From the NCBI GenBank assembly GCA_041163265.1, contig JBEARL010000001.1, positions 7,750 through 71,749 on the forward strand: DNA of 64,000 nt. Direction: 5' to 3'. The number at the start of each line of letters is the position of its first letter. Position 1 is the stretch's first letter. The translations under genes were made by a program, and so were the position numbers. Below the pieces are notes generated by a model. The model saw only the letters and a list, made by a program, of their open reading frames with translations. It was not told the DNA's origin and searched no databases. The DNA comes from Actinomycetota bacterium (GTDB lineage Bacteria; Actinomycetota; Nitriliruptoria; Nitriliruptorales; Nitriliruptoraceae). This document shows positions 44,636 to 53,741 of the stretch, piece after piece.

Positions 44636-45402
44636 GTCCCGACCTCTGGCTCCAGCGGGACGTCCGTGACGGCCGGCGACGCGAGCAGCTCCGTGAGCGC
44701 AGCGACCGCTACCACCCGCGGGGCCCGGGCGATGTCCCGGAGCGCGGTGGCGGCCTCCCGCTCCTGACCGCTCGGCACCAGCAGAAGGTCCGCGCCGGCC
44801 CGGGCCGCCGCGCGCGCCTTGGGGCCGATCCCTCCCACGGGTGCCACGCCACCGTCGGGCCCGATCCGGCCGGTCGCGGCGACGCGGAGGTCGCCGAGGT
44901 CCAGCGACCCGCCCGCGCGCAGCACGCTCACCGCGACCGCCAGCCCGTGGCTGTCGCCGAGGCCGAGCCGTGCGCCCGCGCGGCCGAGGTCGAGGGGTCC
45001 CAGACGCAGCGTGATGCGCGCCGTGACGTCCCGGTCCGTCGCGTCGGCCCCGGCGACGGCGAGTGCGACGGCGACCGCTGCGGGCACCGCATCGGCCGGT
45101 GCCGCCCCGGCCGCAGGGCCCGTGAGGGGGCGCGTCGGGTCACCGCGACCCAGGCGCTCGGCGAGCCGCTCCACCAGGAGCGGCGGTCGTCCGGCCGCGA
45201 GCCACAGCGTGGCGCCGGGCGGGTCCAGCACGGCGCCGTCGACCTCGAGGCGTCCGTCGAGGCGCCAGGCGGTCCCCGGCGCGGAGGCCGGCGCGACGGT
45301 GCGCCACGGCAGGGGAAGCAGCAGCGCCGCCGCGACCAGGACGATCAGCGCGCCGCGGGGACGCAGACGGGGCCGACGTCCGGAGCCCGTCCGCGCATGC
45401 AC
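44632..45402 (-). CDS. membrane-anchored Lon-type (S16) serine-protease-domain protein
   Basis: GTG 45402 lies 4 nt after the clpP stop. N-terminal anchor ALIVLVAAALLLPLPW. Ser context GDSHGLAVAVSVL. Lys context ATGRIGPDGGVAPVGGIGPKARAAARAGADLLLVP. 256 aa. Confidence 0.7.
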   Translation of the reverse strand: MHARTGSGRRPRLRPRGALIVLVAAALLLPLPWRTVAPASAPGTAWRLDGRLEVDGAVLDPPGATLWLAAGRPPLLVERLAERLGRGDPTRPLTGPAAGAAPADAVPAAVAVALAVAGADATDRDVTARITLRLGPLDLGRAGARLGLGDSHGLAVAVSVLRAGGSLDLGDLRVAATGRIGPDGGVAPVGGIGPKARAAARAGADLLLVPSGQEREAATALRDIARAPRVVAVAALTELLASPAVTDVPLEPEVGT

Positions 45403-45406
45403 GCGG

Positions 45407-45976
45407 TCAGCGGCCGCCGTTGACGGCGACGACCTCGTCGATGAGGCCGTACTCGCGGGCCTCTTCGGCGGTCATCCAGAAGTCCCGGTCGGTGTCGCGC
45501 TGGATCTGCTCCAGCGGGCGTCCCGTCCGTTCGGCCATGATCTCGTTGATGCGCTCGCGCATCCAGACGATGTTGCGGGCCTGGATCTCGATGTCGCGAG
45601 CCGTCCCGCGGGCGCCGCCGAGCGGCTGGTGGATCATGATGCGCGCGTTCTCGGTCGCCGACCGGGTCCCCGTACCGGTGCAGAGCAGGAACGCCGCGGC
45701 GGACGCGGCCAGACCGATGCAGCGCGTGTTCACCTTCGAGCGCAGCTGGTGCACCGAGTCGTAGAGCGCGAACATGCCCGTGATGATGCCGCCCGGCGAG
45801 TTCACGTACAGGGTGATGTCCTCCGGCGACTCGGCGTCGAGCGCGAGGAGCTGGGCCACGAGGTTGTCCGCGACGTCGTCCTCGAGGGGTCCCTTCAGGA
45901 ACAGGATCCTCGACTCGAACAGCCTGTCGTAGGCCCGGCGGGAGCCGCCGATCAGCCGTTCGATCTCCTCGGACAT
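45407..45976 (-). CDS. clpP: ATP-dependent Clp protease proteolytic subunit (single, orphan copy)
   Basis: ATG at comp(45974..45976). 189 aa. Ser-His-Asp contexts are intact (GLAASAA, IMIHQP, DTDRDFWM). Confidence 0.85.
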   Translation of the reverse strand: MSEEIERLIGGSRRAYDRLFESRILFLKGPLEDDVADNLVAQLLALDAESPEDITLYVNSPGGIITGMFALYDSVHQLRSKVNTRCIGLAASAAAFLLCTGTGTRSATENARIMIHQPLGGARGTARDIEIQARNIVWMRERINEIMAERTGRPLEQIQRDTDRDFWMTAEEAREYGLIDEVVAVNGGR

Positions 45977-46029
45977 GCGCGGAACCCGTTCGCCGGTGGA
46001 CTCTTGGCCTGCCGACGACGCGTCAGCCG

Positions 46030-46047
46030 CCCTCGGGCCGCCGAGGG
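46030..46047 (-). terminator. short hairpin downstream of mocA
   Basis: CCCTCGG gccg CCGAGGG, in the 113-bp gap before clpP. Confidence 0.3.
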
Positions 46048-46089
46048 TAGCCCCGAGGGCCGGGCGGCCGGTCCGGACCTGCGCCGGGG

Positions 46090-46728
46090 TCACGCCGATC
46101 CGGGCAGGTCCTCGGGTCGGTCGACGTCGCGCGGGGCCGGGCCCGCCACGGCCAGCTCCCGCACGCCGACGTCCGCGAGCAGGTCGCGGGCGCCGACGTC
46201 GGCGTCAGCCGCCGCCTGCACCGCCGGCCAGAGCGCGGCGGGCAGCAGCACAGGGTGACCCGGACCGTCGGCGTAGCGCGCGCGCCAGGCGGTGGTCGGC
46301 TCGTCCCGCCACGCGGCGACCAGCGCACGCACGACGACGGGGTCGATGCCGGGCTGGTCGCCCAGAAGCACCACGGCGGCCGCGGTCCCGGCCGGCAGCC
46401 CGGTGAGGCCGCGCCGCAGCGACGCCCGCTGCCCGGCGGCCGAATCCGGCGCGGGCACGACCACCGCTCCGGCCGCGGCGACCGCGGCGGCGATGGCCTC
46501 GGCGGCCGTCCCATCGGTCGGCACGACGACATGGGCCGGCAGTCCCGCCGCACGGGCGGCCGCGACGGCGTGTGCGAGCAGCGGCCGGTCGGCGACGCGG
46601 GCCAGGACCTTGGGGCCACCGAACCGCGTCGCCCGGCCGGCCGCGAGGATGACCGCAGCGACGCCCCCCGCGACGTCGGGCGCCGGTGCGGACGGGTCGA
46701 ACGGGTCGCCGCTCGTGGCGTCGGTCAC
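46090..46728 (-). CDS. mocA: MobA-like nucleotidyltransferase (molybdenum cofactor cytidylyltransferase-type)
   Basis: GTGA overlap with the xdhC stop. Motif AAVILAAGRATRFGGPKVL. 212 aa. Other overlapping frames here are Arg/Pro-rich artefacts. Confidence 0.75.
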   Translation of the reverse strand: MTDATSGDPFDPSAPAPDVAGGVAAVILAAGRATRFGGPKVLARVADRPLLAHAVAAARAAGLPAHVVVPTDGTAAEAIAAAVAAAGAVVVPAPDSAAGQRASLRRGLTGLPAGTAAAVVLLGDQPGIDPVVVRALVAAWRDEPTTAWRARYADGPGHPVLLPAALWPAVQAAADADVGARDLLADVGVRELAVAGPAPRDVDRPEDLPGSA

Positions 46729-47858
46729 GGCGCGACGGCGGTGGTCCGGGACACGGGCGCATGGATGGGGCCGTCGGTGCGGTGGAGGGGACGTCCGGAC
46801 CCACCATGGCGCCACAGGACCAGCTCGGCGGCGACTGCGACCGCGATCTCCTGAGGGGTCCGTGCACCCAGGTCGAGGCCGATCGGCGAGTGCAGCCGCG
46901 CGAGGTCGGCGGCCGCCACCCCGGCCGCACGCAGCCGCTCGAGGCGGTCCGCGTGCGTTCGGCGCGAGCCCATGGCCCCGACGAAGCCGGTGGGGCCTGC
47001 GAGGGCCGCGGTCAGCGCGGGTACGTCGATACGCGGATCGTGGGTGAGGACGCACACGGCGTCGCGATCCGTGAGGCCGAGCGTCGGCAGGAGGTGATGC
47101 GGCCATCCGACCGTGACGTCGTCGGCCTCGGGCAGGCGCTCGGTCGTCGTGAACGTCGCGCGGGGATCGCAGACGGTGACGTGCAGGCCGAGCGTGCGGC
47201 CGACGCGGGTCAGCGCGGCCGCATGGTCGCCGGCGCCGACCAGCACCAGACGGGGACGTGGCAGCAGTGGCTGGACGAAGACCGTGACGGCGGTGCCGAG
47301 CTCCTCGCCGCTCGCACCGATGTGCACGAGCGCCGGGTCGCCACCTCGCAGCACCGCTCGGCCGAGCCGGGCCAGACCCGCCGCGAGCGGCGCAGCGGCG
47401 GGGCCGCCGCCGAGCGTCCGCTCGGCGGTCACGGCCACCGACGTCCCCACGAGGTCGGGGCGGTCCGCGTGGGCGGCGACGGTGACGAGCGCCGTCGGCA
47501 CCTCGGCGGCCACGAGCGCGGCGAGCTCGGCCAGCGGGACGTCCTCGACGCGGACGCGGCGGACGAGTACCTCGAGTCGGCCGCCGCAGGTCAGGCCCGC
47601 CGCCAGTGCGCGCCCATCACTGACCCCGTAGGGCAGCCGCTGGGCCCGACCGCTGGCGAGCGTCTCGGCGGCGGCCGTGACCACCGCGCTCTCGACGCAG
47701 CCGCCGGAGACGCCGCCGCGGACGCGCCCATCGGGGTGGAGAGCCAGGGTGGCTCCGGGGACGAACGGCGCCGAACCCGACGTCGCCACCACGGTGGCGA
47801 GGACGATGACGCCGGTCTCGTCCTGCCATGCGGCCAGGGCGTCGAGGTCGTCGCGCAC
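46725..47858 (-). CDS. xdhC: XdhC/CoxI-family molybdoenzyme maturation factor
   Basis: GTG 47858 behind a GGAGG RBS. Has the XdhC N-domain (VLATVVATSGSAPFVPGA, GGVSGGCVE) and a Rossmann-like C-domain (LVLVGAGDHAAAL). 377 aa. Confidence 0.8.
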   Translation of the reverse strand: MRDDLDALAAWQDETGVIVLATVVATSGSAPFVPGATLALHPDGRVRGGVSGGCVESAVVTAAAETLASGRAQRLPYGVSDGRALAAGLTCGGRLEVLVRRVRVEDVPLAELAALVAAEVPTALVTVAAHADRPDLVGTSVAVTAERTLGGGPAAAPLAAGLARLGRAVLRGGDPALVHIGASGEELGTAVTVFVQPLLPRPRLVLVGAGDHAAALTRVGRTLGLHVTVCDPRATFTTTERLPEADDVTVGWPHHLLPTLGLTDRDAVCVLTHDPRIDVPALTAALAGPTGFVGAMGSRRTHADRLERLRAAGVAAADLARLHSPIGLDLGARTPQEIAVAVAAELVLWRHGGSGRPLHRTDGPIHAPVSRTTAVAP

Positions 47859-48053
47859 GTCGCCTCCCGGCGTCGGGTGCCGGACGTCACCGGGTGCCGG
47901 ACGCCGCAGCGTCGCTCCGCTGGGCCGTCCGTGGTCGCACCGGACGGTACCGACGGTGGCCCCGCACGGAGCGCGCTTGACCGTGCGCGCCGCGCGCGCC
48001 ACACTCCAACCTTCGCGGCGGCCCCCGCCGCAGGTGAGGTCGGAGGCCGGGCC

Positions 48054-48893
48054 GTGGCGAGCACACCGGAGCGGCCGCGCCCGGGCTCCAAGTCCCCGGC
48101 CGCGCGCCGTGCCGAGCCGACCGCGGCCGAGCCGGCCGCCGAGCGTCGGCGCACCGCGGTCGAGCAGCGCGCCGCCGCCCGGGCCAGCGGGTCCCGCACA
48201 CTGTCCCGCGGTCTCGTGGTCCTGCGGGCCCTCGGCGGCGACGCGGACGGTGCGACGGTCTCGTCACTCTCGGAGGCGACCGGGCTCGATCGCGCGGTCC
48301 TCTACCGCCTGCTCGAGACCCTCGCCGAGGAGGGCTTCGTCACCCGAGACCCCGAGTCGCGCCGGTACCGGCTGGGGCTCGCGATGCTCGAGCTCGGCGT
48401 GCGGGCCGCTCAGGGGCTCGAGGTCCGGCGCCTCGCCGGGCCCGCCCTCCGCGCCCTCAGCGACGACACCAACGAGACCGCCTGCCTCGCCGTCCGCGAT
48501 CGCGAGGACGTCGTGGTCGTCGAGGTCATCGAGCCCGACGGCCGGTTCGTGCAGGTCAACTACCGCGTCGGGTTCCGCCACCCGCTCGGCATGGCCGCGC
48601 ACGGCAAGGCGCTGCTCGCGTTCCTGCCCGACGGCGAGCGACTGAACGAGCTGCGCCCCGTGCGCCAGCGCGGCGTCGCGTACACGCGCGACGAGATCGA
48701 GCCCGGCGCGGCCGGCGTCGCGGCGCCCGTCTTCGACCACACCGGTCGCGCGGTCGCGGCGGTCGGCATCGTCGCGCCGACGGCGCGCCTGCCCGAGCCC
48801 GAGAACGTCGCCCTGCGCGTCCTGCGCAGCGCGCGCGAGATCTCGGAGCGCCTCGGCTGGCGGCCTCGCCGACCGGGCGACGTCGGCCGATGA
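48054..48893 (+). CDS. IclR-family transcriptional regulator
   Basis: GTG 48054 lies 8 nt after a GGAGG. wHTH LSRGLVVLRAL..VSSLSEATGLDRAVLYRLLETL plus an IclR effector domain. About 279 aa; the start is uncertain. Confidence 0.8.
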   Translation: MASTPERPRPGSKSPAARRAEPTAAEPAAERRRTAVEQRAAARASGSRTLSRGLVVLRALGGDADGATVSSLSEATGLDRAVLYRLLETLAEEGFVTRDPESRRYRLGLAMLELGVRAAQGLEVRRLAGPALRALSDDTNETACLAVRDREDVVVVEVIEPDGRFVQVNYRVGFRHPLGMAAHGKALLAFLPDGERLNELRPVRQRGVAYTRDEIEPGAAGVAAPVFDHTGRAVAAVGIVAPTARLPEPENVALRVLRSAREISERLGWRPRRPGDVGR

Positions 48894-49591
48894 GCGCAGA
48901 GCGCGACCTCGCCGTCGCCGAGCTGCTCGGCGTCCTCGCCTACGGGCAGCTGCGGTCGTTCTCGGCGATGTCGTCGGCGGTCCGGCACGCGCCCGACGCG
49001 CGCAGCGCCGACCGGGTGGCGACCTTCGCCCGCCGCGAGCACGACGCCTACGAGGGGCTCCGCGGTCGGCTCGGCGAGCTGACCGACCTCCCCGAGGCCG
49101 CGATGGACCGCCAGAAGGCGCTGTTCGACGCGTTCTTCGACCGTGCCCCGCTGGAGGACTGGTTCGGCGCCTCCGTGTTCTTCGCGTTCGGCATCCCCCT
49201 GGCCCGCGACTTCGCCCGGACCGTCGTCCCGCTGCTCGACGCGCGCAGCGCCGAGGTGCTCGTGGCAACGCTCGACGCCCGCGAGGAGGCCGAGGCCGCC
49301 GCCCTGGCGCTGCTGCGCACCCAGCTCGGCGACGCGGCGGCGCGCCGTCGGGCGCGGGGGCTGGTCGCGGACCTCCTCGGTCGGGCCCTCACCGCGTTCC
49401 AGCAGGGCGCCGCCGAGACCGACGCGCTCCGGGTGCTGTTCGAGGCCGGCGGGGAGGCGGGCGACCGGGTGCGCGAGCTCGCGATGGACCTGCTCGCCCG
49501 CCACCGGGCTCGACTCGTCGAGCTCGGCCTGGAGGACGTCGAGGACCTCGCGGATCCCGGTGATCCGACGACGGGCGCGCCCGGCGCCTGA
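48890..49591 (+). CDS. ferritin-like (MiaE-like fold) protein, function unknown
   Basis: ATGA overlap with the IclR stop. 233 aa, helical. The pattern LAYGQLRSF...REHDAYEGL resembles actinobacterial ferritin-like-fold proteins. Confidence 0.6.
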   Translation: MSAERDLAVAELLGVLAYGQLRSFSAMSSAVRHAPDARSADRVATFARREHDAYEGLRGRLGELTDLPEAAMDRQKALFDAFFDRAPLEDWFGASVFFAFGIPLARDFARTVVPLLDARSAEVLVATLDAREEAEAAALALLRTQLGDAAARRRARGLVADLLGRALTAFQQGAAETDALRVLFEAGGEAGDRVRELAMDLLARHRARLVELGLEDVEDLADPGDPTTGAPGA

Positions 49592-49604
49592 ACGCGCGGC
49601 GACC

Positions 49605-50474
49605 TCAGCGGTCGGTCGTCCCCGCGATCGGCTCCGCTGCGGCGGCGATCCCGGCGAGACCCGCCAGCAGCTCGGCGAGGAGCGGATGCGAACCGCCCCC
49701 CGGGACCGTGACGCCGTCGACGCGCCGCAGGGGCCGGAGCCGTCGGACCGATGACGTGACGACGACGAGGTCCGCAGCGGCCAGGTCGGTTCGGGTCAGC
49801 GCCGCCTCGCGCACGTCGAGCCCCAGCCCCCGCGCCAGGTCCAGCACGAGCCGTCGGGTCACGCCCGGGATGATGCGCCCGTCGCAGGGCGGGGTCGTGA
49901 GCACGTCGCCGCGGACGGCGATCACGTTGCCGTCCGCCGCCTCGAGGATCGCGCCGTCCTCCTCGAGCAGCGCGACGTCCGCGCCGCGCGACCGCGCGAC
50001 GCGCTGCGCGACGACGCTGCCGACGTAGGAGGTCGCCTTCACGTCGGCGAGACCGGCCGGTGCGCGCGGCCCGGACAGGACGACCGCCTCCGCCGGCGCT
50101 GCGGGCAGCGGTGGCGCGGGATGCAGCGTCACGAGCGTCCGCGCCGCGCCGGCGGCCACCGCCGGCCAGCCGTCGCCCGCGTCGCCGGCGGTCACCGTGA
50201 TGCGGGCGACGAGGTCGGCGTCGTCGGCGGTCGCGAGCAGCGCGGCCAGCCCGGCGCGCACCCTCACCGGGTCGACGTCGATGCCGAGCCGCCCGCCGCC
50301 GGCGACCAGCCGCTCGAGGTGCCACGCCAGCCCCGCCGTGCGACCGCGCTCGATCCGGAGCGTCTCGAACACGCCGAGCCCCTGGCGGAGCCCCAGGTCG
50401 GTGGCCGGGACGGCCGCCGCTCCGGCGGGGACGACGCGGCCGTCGAGCCACGCGCCCCCCGGGCCGGCGCTCAT
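49605..50474 (-). CDS. pabC: class IV aminotransferase-fold enzyme (aminodeoxychorismate lyase-like)
   Basis: ATGA overlap with the pabB stop. 289 aa. Motifs GLGVFETLR and GIIPGVTR. Confidence 0.75.
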   Translation of the reverse strand: MSAGPGGAWLDGRVVPAGAAAVPATDLGLRQGLGVFETLRIERGRTAGLAWHLERLVAGGGRLGIDVDPVRVRAGLAALLATADDADLVARITVTAGDAGDGWPAVAAGAARTLVTLHPAPPLPAAPAEAVVLSGPRAPAGLADVKATSYVGSVVAQRVARSRGADVALLEEDGAILEAADGNVIAVRGDVLTTPPCDGRIIPGVTRRLVLDLARGLGLDVREAALTRTDLAAADLVVVTSSVRRLRPLRRVDGVTVPGGGSHPLLAELLAGLAGIAAAAEPIAGTTDR

Positions 50475-51937
50475 GCGCGGGCCGAGGTGCGGGACGGCAC
50501 CGCGTCGACCGCCAGGACCCCGGTCGCGCCGACGGCCCGCAGGAACGGCAGCGCCTTGTCGAGGGACTCGGCCACCTCGGCGTCGGGGTCGCTGTCGGCC
50601 ACGATGCCGCCGCCGGCGCCGTAGGTCGCGGTGCCGTCGCGGTGCAGCGTGGCGGTCCGGATGGCGACCGACAGCTCGGCGTCGCCGGCGCCGAGGAACC
50701 CGATGGCACCGCAGTACCAGCCGCGCCGCACCGGCTCGAGGCGGCCGATGGCCCGCATCGCCGCCAGCCGTGGCGCGCCGGTGACCGAGCCGCTCGGGAA
50801 CGCGGCCCGCAGCAGCGCGCCGTACCCCGTCCCGGGCCGCAGCGTGCCCGTGACGCTCGAGACGAGGTGCCACACCGTGGGGAGCGCCCGCAGCTCGAGC
50901 AGCGTCGGGACCGCGACGCTGCCCGGGAGGCAGACGCGACCGAGGTCGTTGCGCTCGAGGTCGACGACCATGACGTTCTCGGCGCGGTCCTTCGCCGAGG
51001 TCGCGAGGTCGTCGGCGAGGGCCGCGTCCAGCGACGGGTCGTCGGCGCGCGGTCGGGTGCCCTTGATCGGGTCGGTGACGACGGCGCCGGCCCGGACCCG
51101 CAGGAACCGCTCGGGGGAGACCGACGCGACGCCGAGGTCCGGCAGCAGCGCGGCGTGGCTGGCCGGCGAGGCCGCCCGGAGGCGGCGGTACAGCCCCGCC
51201 GCGTCGCCGGGCCAGCGCGCGCGCAGCCGCTGGGCGAGGTTCACCTGGTAGGCGTCGCCCGCGGCGACGAGCGCGAGGACGTGACGCACCGCGGCCGTGT
51301 GCGCCGCGTGCGGCAGCGAGGTCGCGACCACGGTCCGGATGGACGCCGATGGTGCGTCCTCGGCCGCCGCGGGGACGCCGTCACGGAGGCGCGCCCGCAC
51401 GAACGCGACGACCGGCCCGGGCTCGCGGGCGAGGAGGCCGCGGTCGATCACCAGCAGCGCCCGGTCGCGCTCGCGCGGTACGGCGACGACGGCACCGGTC
51501 AGCCGGAGCGCCAGGTCGGGCACGGAGGCGAGGTCGCGCGGCGGCACGGGGACCGGGCCGGGGGCGAGTCGCGCCCCGAGCTCGTACGCGAGGGCGCCGA
51601 CGAGGCCCCCGCGGAACGGCATCGGCACGTGCGGGGGCGGCGCGGCCGTGGGGTCCAGCCCGAGCCGCGACGCGGCATCGTCGAGGGCCGCCGCCGGGTC
51701 CGCACCGAGGTCCAGCGGTGCCGCGCCCGACCTGCGCAGCACGACGCGACCGTGCTCGTCGGCGAGTCCACCCGAGGCGAGGTCGTGCGGGACGATCGAC
51801 GTCCAGCCCGAGCGGTCGGCGCTCTCGAGGAGGTCGACCGGTCCGAGCGCGGTGCAGAGCGCGTCGACGTCGACGATGCCGTCGCGCCGCGGCGCTCCGT
51901 CCAGCTCGACGACCTCGACCGCGCCGGACGGGGTCAT
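50471..51937 (-). CDS. pabB: aminodeoxychorismate synthase component I (chorismate-utilising enzyme)
   Basis: ATG at comp(51935..51937). Motifs SVSPERFL, PIKGTRPR, GSVTGAP and GGGIVADS. 488 aa. Confidence 0.85.
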   Translation of the reverse strand: MTPSGAVEVVELDGAPRRDGIVDVDALCTALGPVDLLESADRSGWTSIVPHDLASGGLADEHGRVVLRRSGAAPLDLGADPAAALDDAASRLGLDPTAAPPPHVPMPFRGGLVGALAYELGARLAPGPVPVPPRDLASVPDLALRLTGAVVAVPRERDRALLVIDRGLLAREPGPVVAFVRARLRDGVPAAAEDAPSASIRTVVATSLPHAAHTAAVRHVLALVAAGDAYQVNLAQRLRARWPGDAAGLYRRLRAASPASHAALLPDLGVASVSPERFLRVRAGAVVTDPIKGTRPRADDPSLDAALADDLATSAKDRAENVMVVDLERNDLGRVCLPGSVAVPTLLELRALPTVWHLVSSVTGTLRPGTGYGALLRAAFPSGSVTGAPRLAAMRAIGRLEPVRRGWYCGAIGFLGAGDAELSVAIRTATLHRDGTATYGAGGGIVADSDPDAEVAESLDKALPFLRAVGATGVLAVDAVPSRTSARA

Positions 51938-52197
51938 GCGCCGGCCGGGACCCGGTGGGCGCGACGGAAGGCGGCGTCGTCGAGCCCGTCGAGGTCGTGC
52001 TCGATCCTCGCCACGAGCTCCTCGGCCTGCGCCGGGTCCGAGAACGTGTGGGCCCAGACCAGCGCGCCGGTGCGCCGGACCTGCAGCTGCACGTCGACGA
52101 CCGTCCCACCGGGTCCGACGTCGCGGACGCGCTGGAGGACCCGGAACGTCCGGCGCGGCGAGGGCGACGCGGCGTCGCCGGTCGGCGCGTCGGTCAC
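51934..52197 (-). CDS. small hypothetical protein translationally coupled to pabB
   Basis: GTG 52197 lies 7 nt after GAGGAG. 87 aa, non-repetitive (RTFRVLQRVRDVGPGGTVVDVQLQVRRTGALVWAHTF...). Its stop overlaps the pabB ATG (ATGA). Confidence 0.5.
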   Translation of the reverse strand: MTDAPTGDAASPSPRRTFRVLQRVRDVGPGGTVVDVQLQVRRTGALVWAHTFSDPAQAEELVARIEHDLDGLDDAAFRRAHRVPAGA

Positions 52198-52333
52198 CGT
52201 CGGCTCCTCGGCGGGGGCGCGGGAGGCTACTGGACGACGCCGACGCCACCCCGGTCGCATCGGGCGTCGGGCGTCGGATCGCGGCCATAGCATGCCCGTT
52301 CGGCGGGACGCGCCGGTGACGAGCGGGGACGGC

Positions 52334-52876
52334 GTGAAGGTCTACACGAAGCGCGGCGACGACGGCACGACGGGGCTGCTGTACGGCGGCCGGGTCGACA
52401 AGCACGACCTCCGCACCTCGGCCTACGGCACCGTCGACGAGACGTGCAGTGCCCTCGGGCTCGCGCGGGCCGACCTCGACGGGGACCTGCACGACCTCGT
52501 GCTCGAGGTCCAGCGCGAGCTGTTCGTCGTCGGCGCCCAGCTCGCCACCCTCGAGGAGCACTGGGACCAGCTCGAGGTCCGGGTGTCGCGGGTCGACGAC
52601 GCGATGGTCGACGAGCTCGACGCCCGGATCGACGCCTGCACCGACCGCCACCCGATCCCGCAGCACTTCGTCGTGCCCGGCGGCTCGGGCAGTCGACCCG
52701 CGGCGGCGCTGGACCTCGCGCGGACGATCTGCCGCCGCGCCGAGCGTGACGTCGTCGCGATGGACCGGGCGGGGATGCTGCCGGACCGTGCGCCGCTGCG
52801 CTATCTCAACCGCTGCGCCGACTACCTGTTCGTGCTGGCGCGGGAGGTCGAGGGGACCCACCTGCCGTCGCGATGA
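52334..52876 (+). CDS. PduO-type ATP:cob(I)alamin adenosyltransferase
   Basis: GTG 52334 (alternative ATG 52292). N-terminal VKVYTKRGDDGTTGL hallmark. About 180 aa. Confidence 0.85.
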   Translation: MKVYTKRGDDGTTGLLYGGRVDKHDLRTSAYGTVDETCSALGLARADLDGDLHDLVLEVQRELFVVGAQLATLEEHWDQLEVRVSRVDDAMVDELDARIDACTDRHPIPQHFVVPGGSGSRPAAALDLARTICRRAERDVVAMDRAGMLPDRAPLRYLNRCADYLFVLAREVEGTHLPSR

Positions 52877-52928
52877 CCGCGGCGGCGGTGACGGAGGCGA
52901 CGCCGACCGGGCGCGCGCCATCGCCCCG

Positions 52929-53741
52929 TCAGGCCTCGTAGGTCTGCTCGGGTCCCGGGTACGCGCCGGACGCGACGTCGGCCGCGAACGCCCGCAGGGC
53001 CGCCACGGTGCGGCCGCGCAGGTCCTCGTAGGCCCGGACGAAGCGCGGATGCGGGCCCGGGGTGAGGCCGAGGACGTCGTGCCAGACCAGGACCTGGCCG
53101 TCGACGTCGGGTCCCGCGCCGATCCCGATGATCGGGACGGGGGAGGCGGCCGTCACGGCCGCGGCCACCGGCGCCGGCACCGCCTCGAGGACGATCGCGA
53201 ACGCCCCCGCGTCCGCGAGGGCGAGGACGTCGGCGACGAGGCTCTCGGCGGCGCCGTCGCCCCGGCCCTGCACGCGGTAGCCGCCGAGCGCGTGCACCGA
53301 CTGCGGCGTCAGCCCGACGTGGCCCATGACCGGGATCCCGGCTCCGGTCAGCGCCCGCACGCTCGGAGCCACCGCCAGGCCGCCCTCCAGCTTGACCGCG
53401 GCCGCACCGGTCTCCTTCAGCACCCGGACGCCGCTCGCGAGCGCGTCGGCGGGTCCGCCCTGGGTCGATCCGAACGGCAGGTCGACGACGACCAGCGCGC
53501 GGCCCGCCCCTCGGACGACGGCCCGGGCGTGGTGGAGCATCTCGTCGAGCGTGACCGGCAGCGTGGTCGGATGGCCCAGCACGACCATCGCGAGGCTGTC
53601 GCCGACGAGCAGCACCGGGACGCCGGCCTCGTCGGCCAGCGCGGCGGCGCTCGCGTCGTACGCGGTCACCATCACGATGCGCTCGCCGCGGGCGCGCATG
53701 GCGGCGACCTCGCGGACGGTCACGGGGCGCTCGGTGGTCAT
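52929..53741 (-). CDS. panB: 3-methyl-2-oxobutanoate hydroxymethyltransferase
   Basis: ATGA overlap with the nadE stop. Motifs MVTAYDA, LLVGDSLAMVVLGH and VKLEGG. 270 aa. Confidence 0.95.
   Translation of the reverse strand: MTTERPVTVREVAAMRARGERIVMVTAYDASAAALADEAGVPVLLVGDSLAMVVLGHPTTLPVTLDEMLHHARAVVRGAGRALVVVDLPFGSTQGGPADALASGVRVLKETGAAAVKLEGGLAVAPSVRALTGAGIPVMGHVGLTPQSVHALGGYRVQGRGDGAAESLVADVLALADAGAFAIVLEAVPAPVAAAVTAASPVPIIGIGAGPDVDGQVLVWHDVLGLTPGPHPRFVRAYEDLRGRTVAALRAFAADVASGAYPGPEQTYEA

Noticed and set aside
46023-47106. Three overlapping minus-strand frames over the mocA region (46023..46619, 46205..46930, 46090..47106)
   Set aside because: Only the 46090.. frame, from the GTG at 46728, shows a nucleotidyltransferase motif (LAAGRATRFGGPK) and a GTGA coupling to xdhC. 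The others are Arg/Pro-rich.
52198-52333. Possible cobalamin riboswitch upstream of the PduO-type adenosyltransferase
   Set aside because: The gap is only about 135 nt and is shared with a divergent promoter. I could not find a B12-box-like element. It is too short for a cobalamin aptamer plus expression platform.
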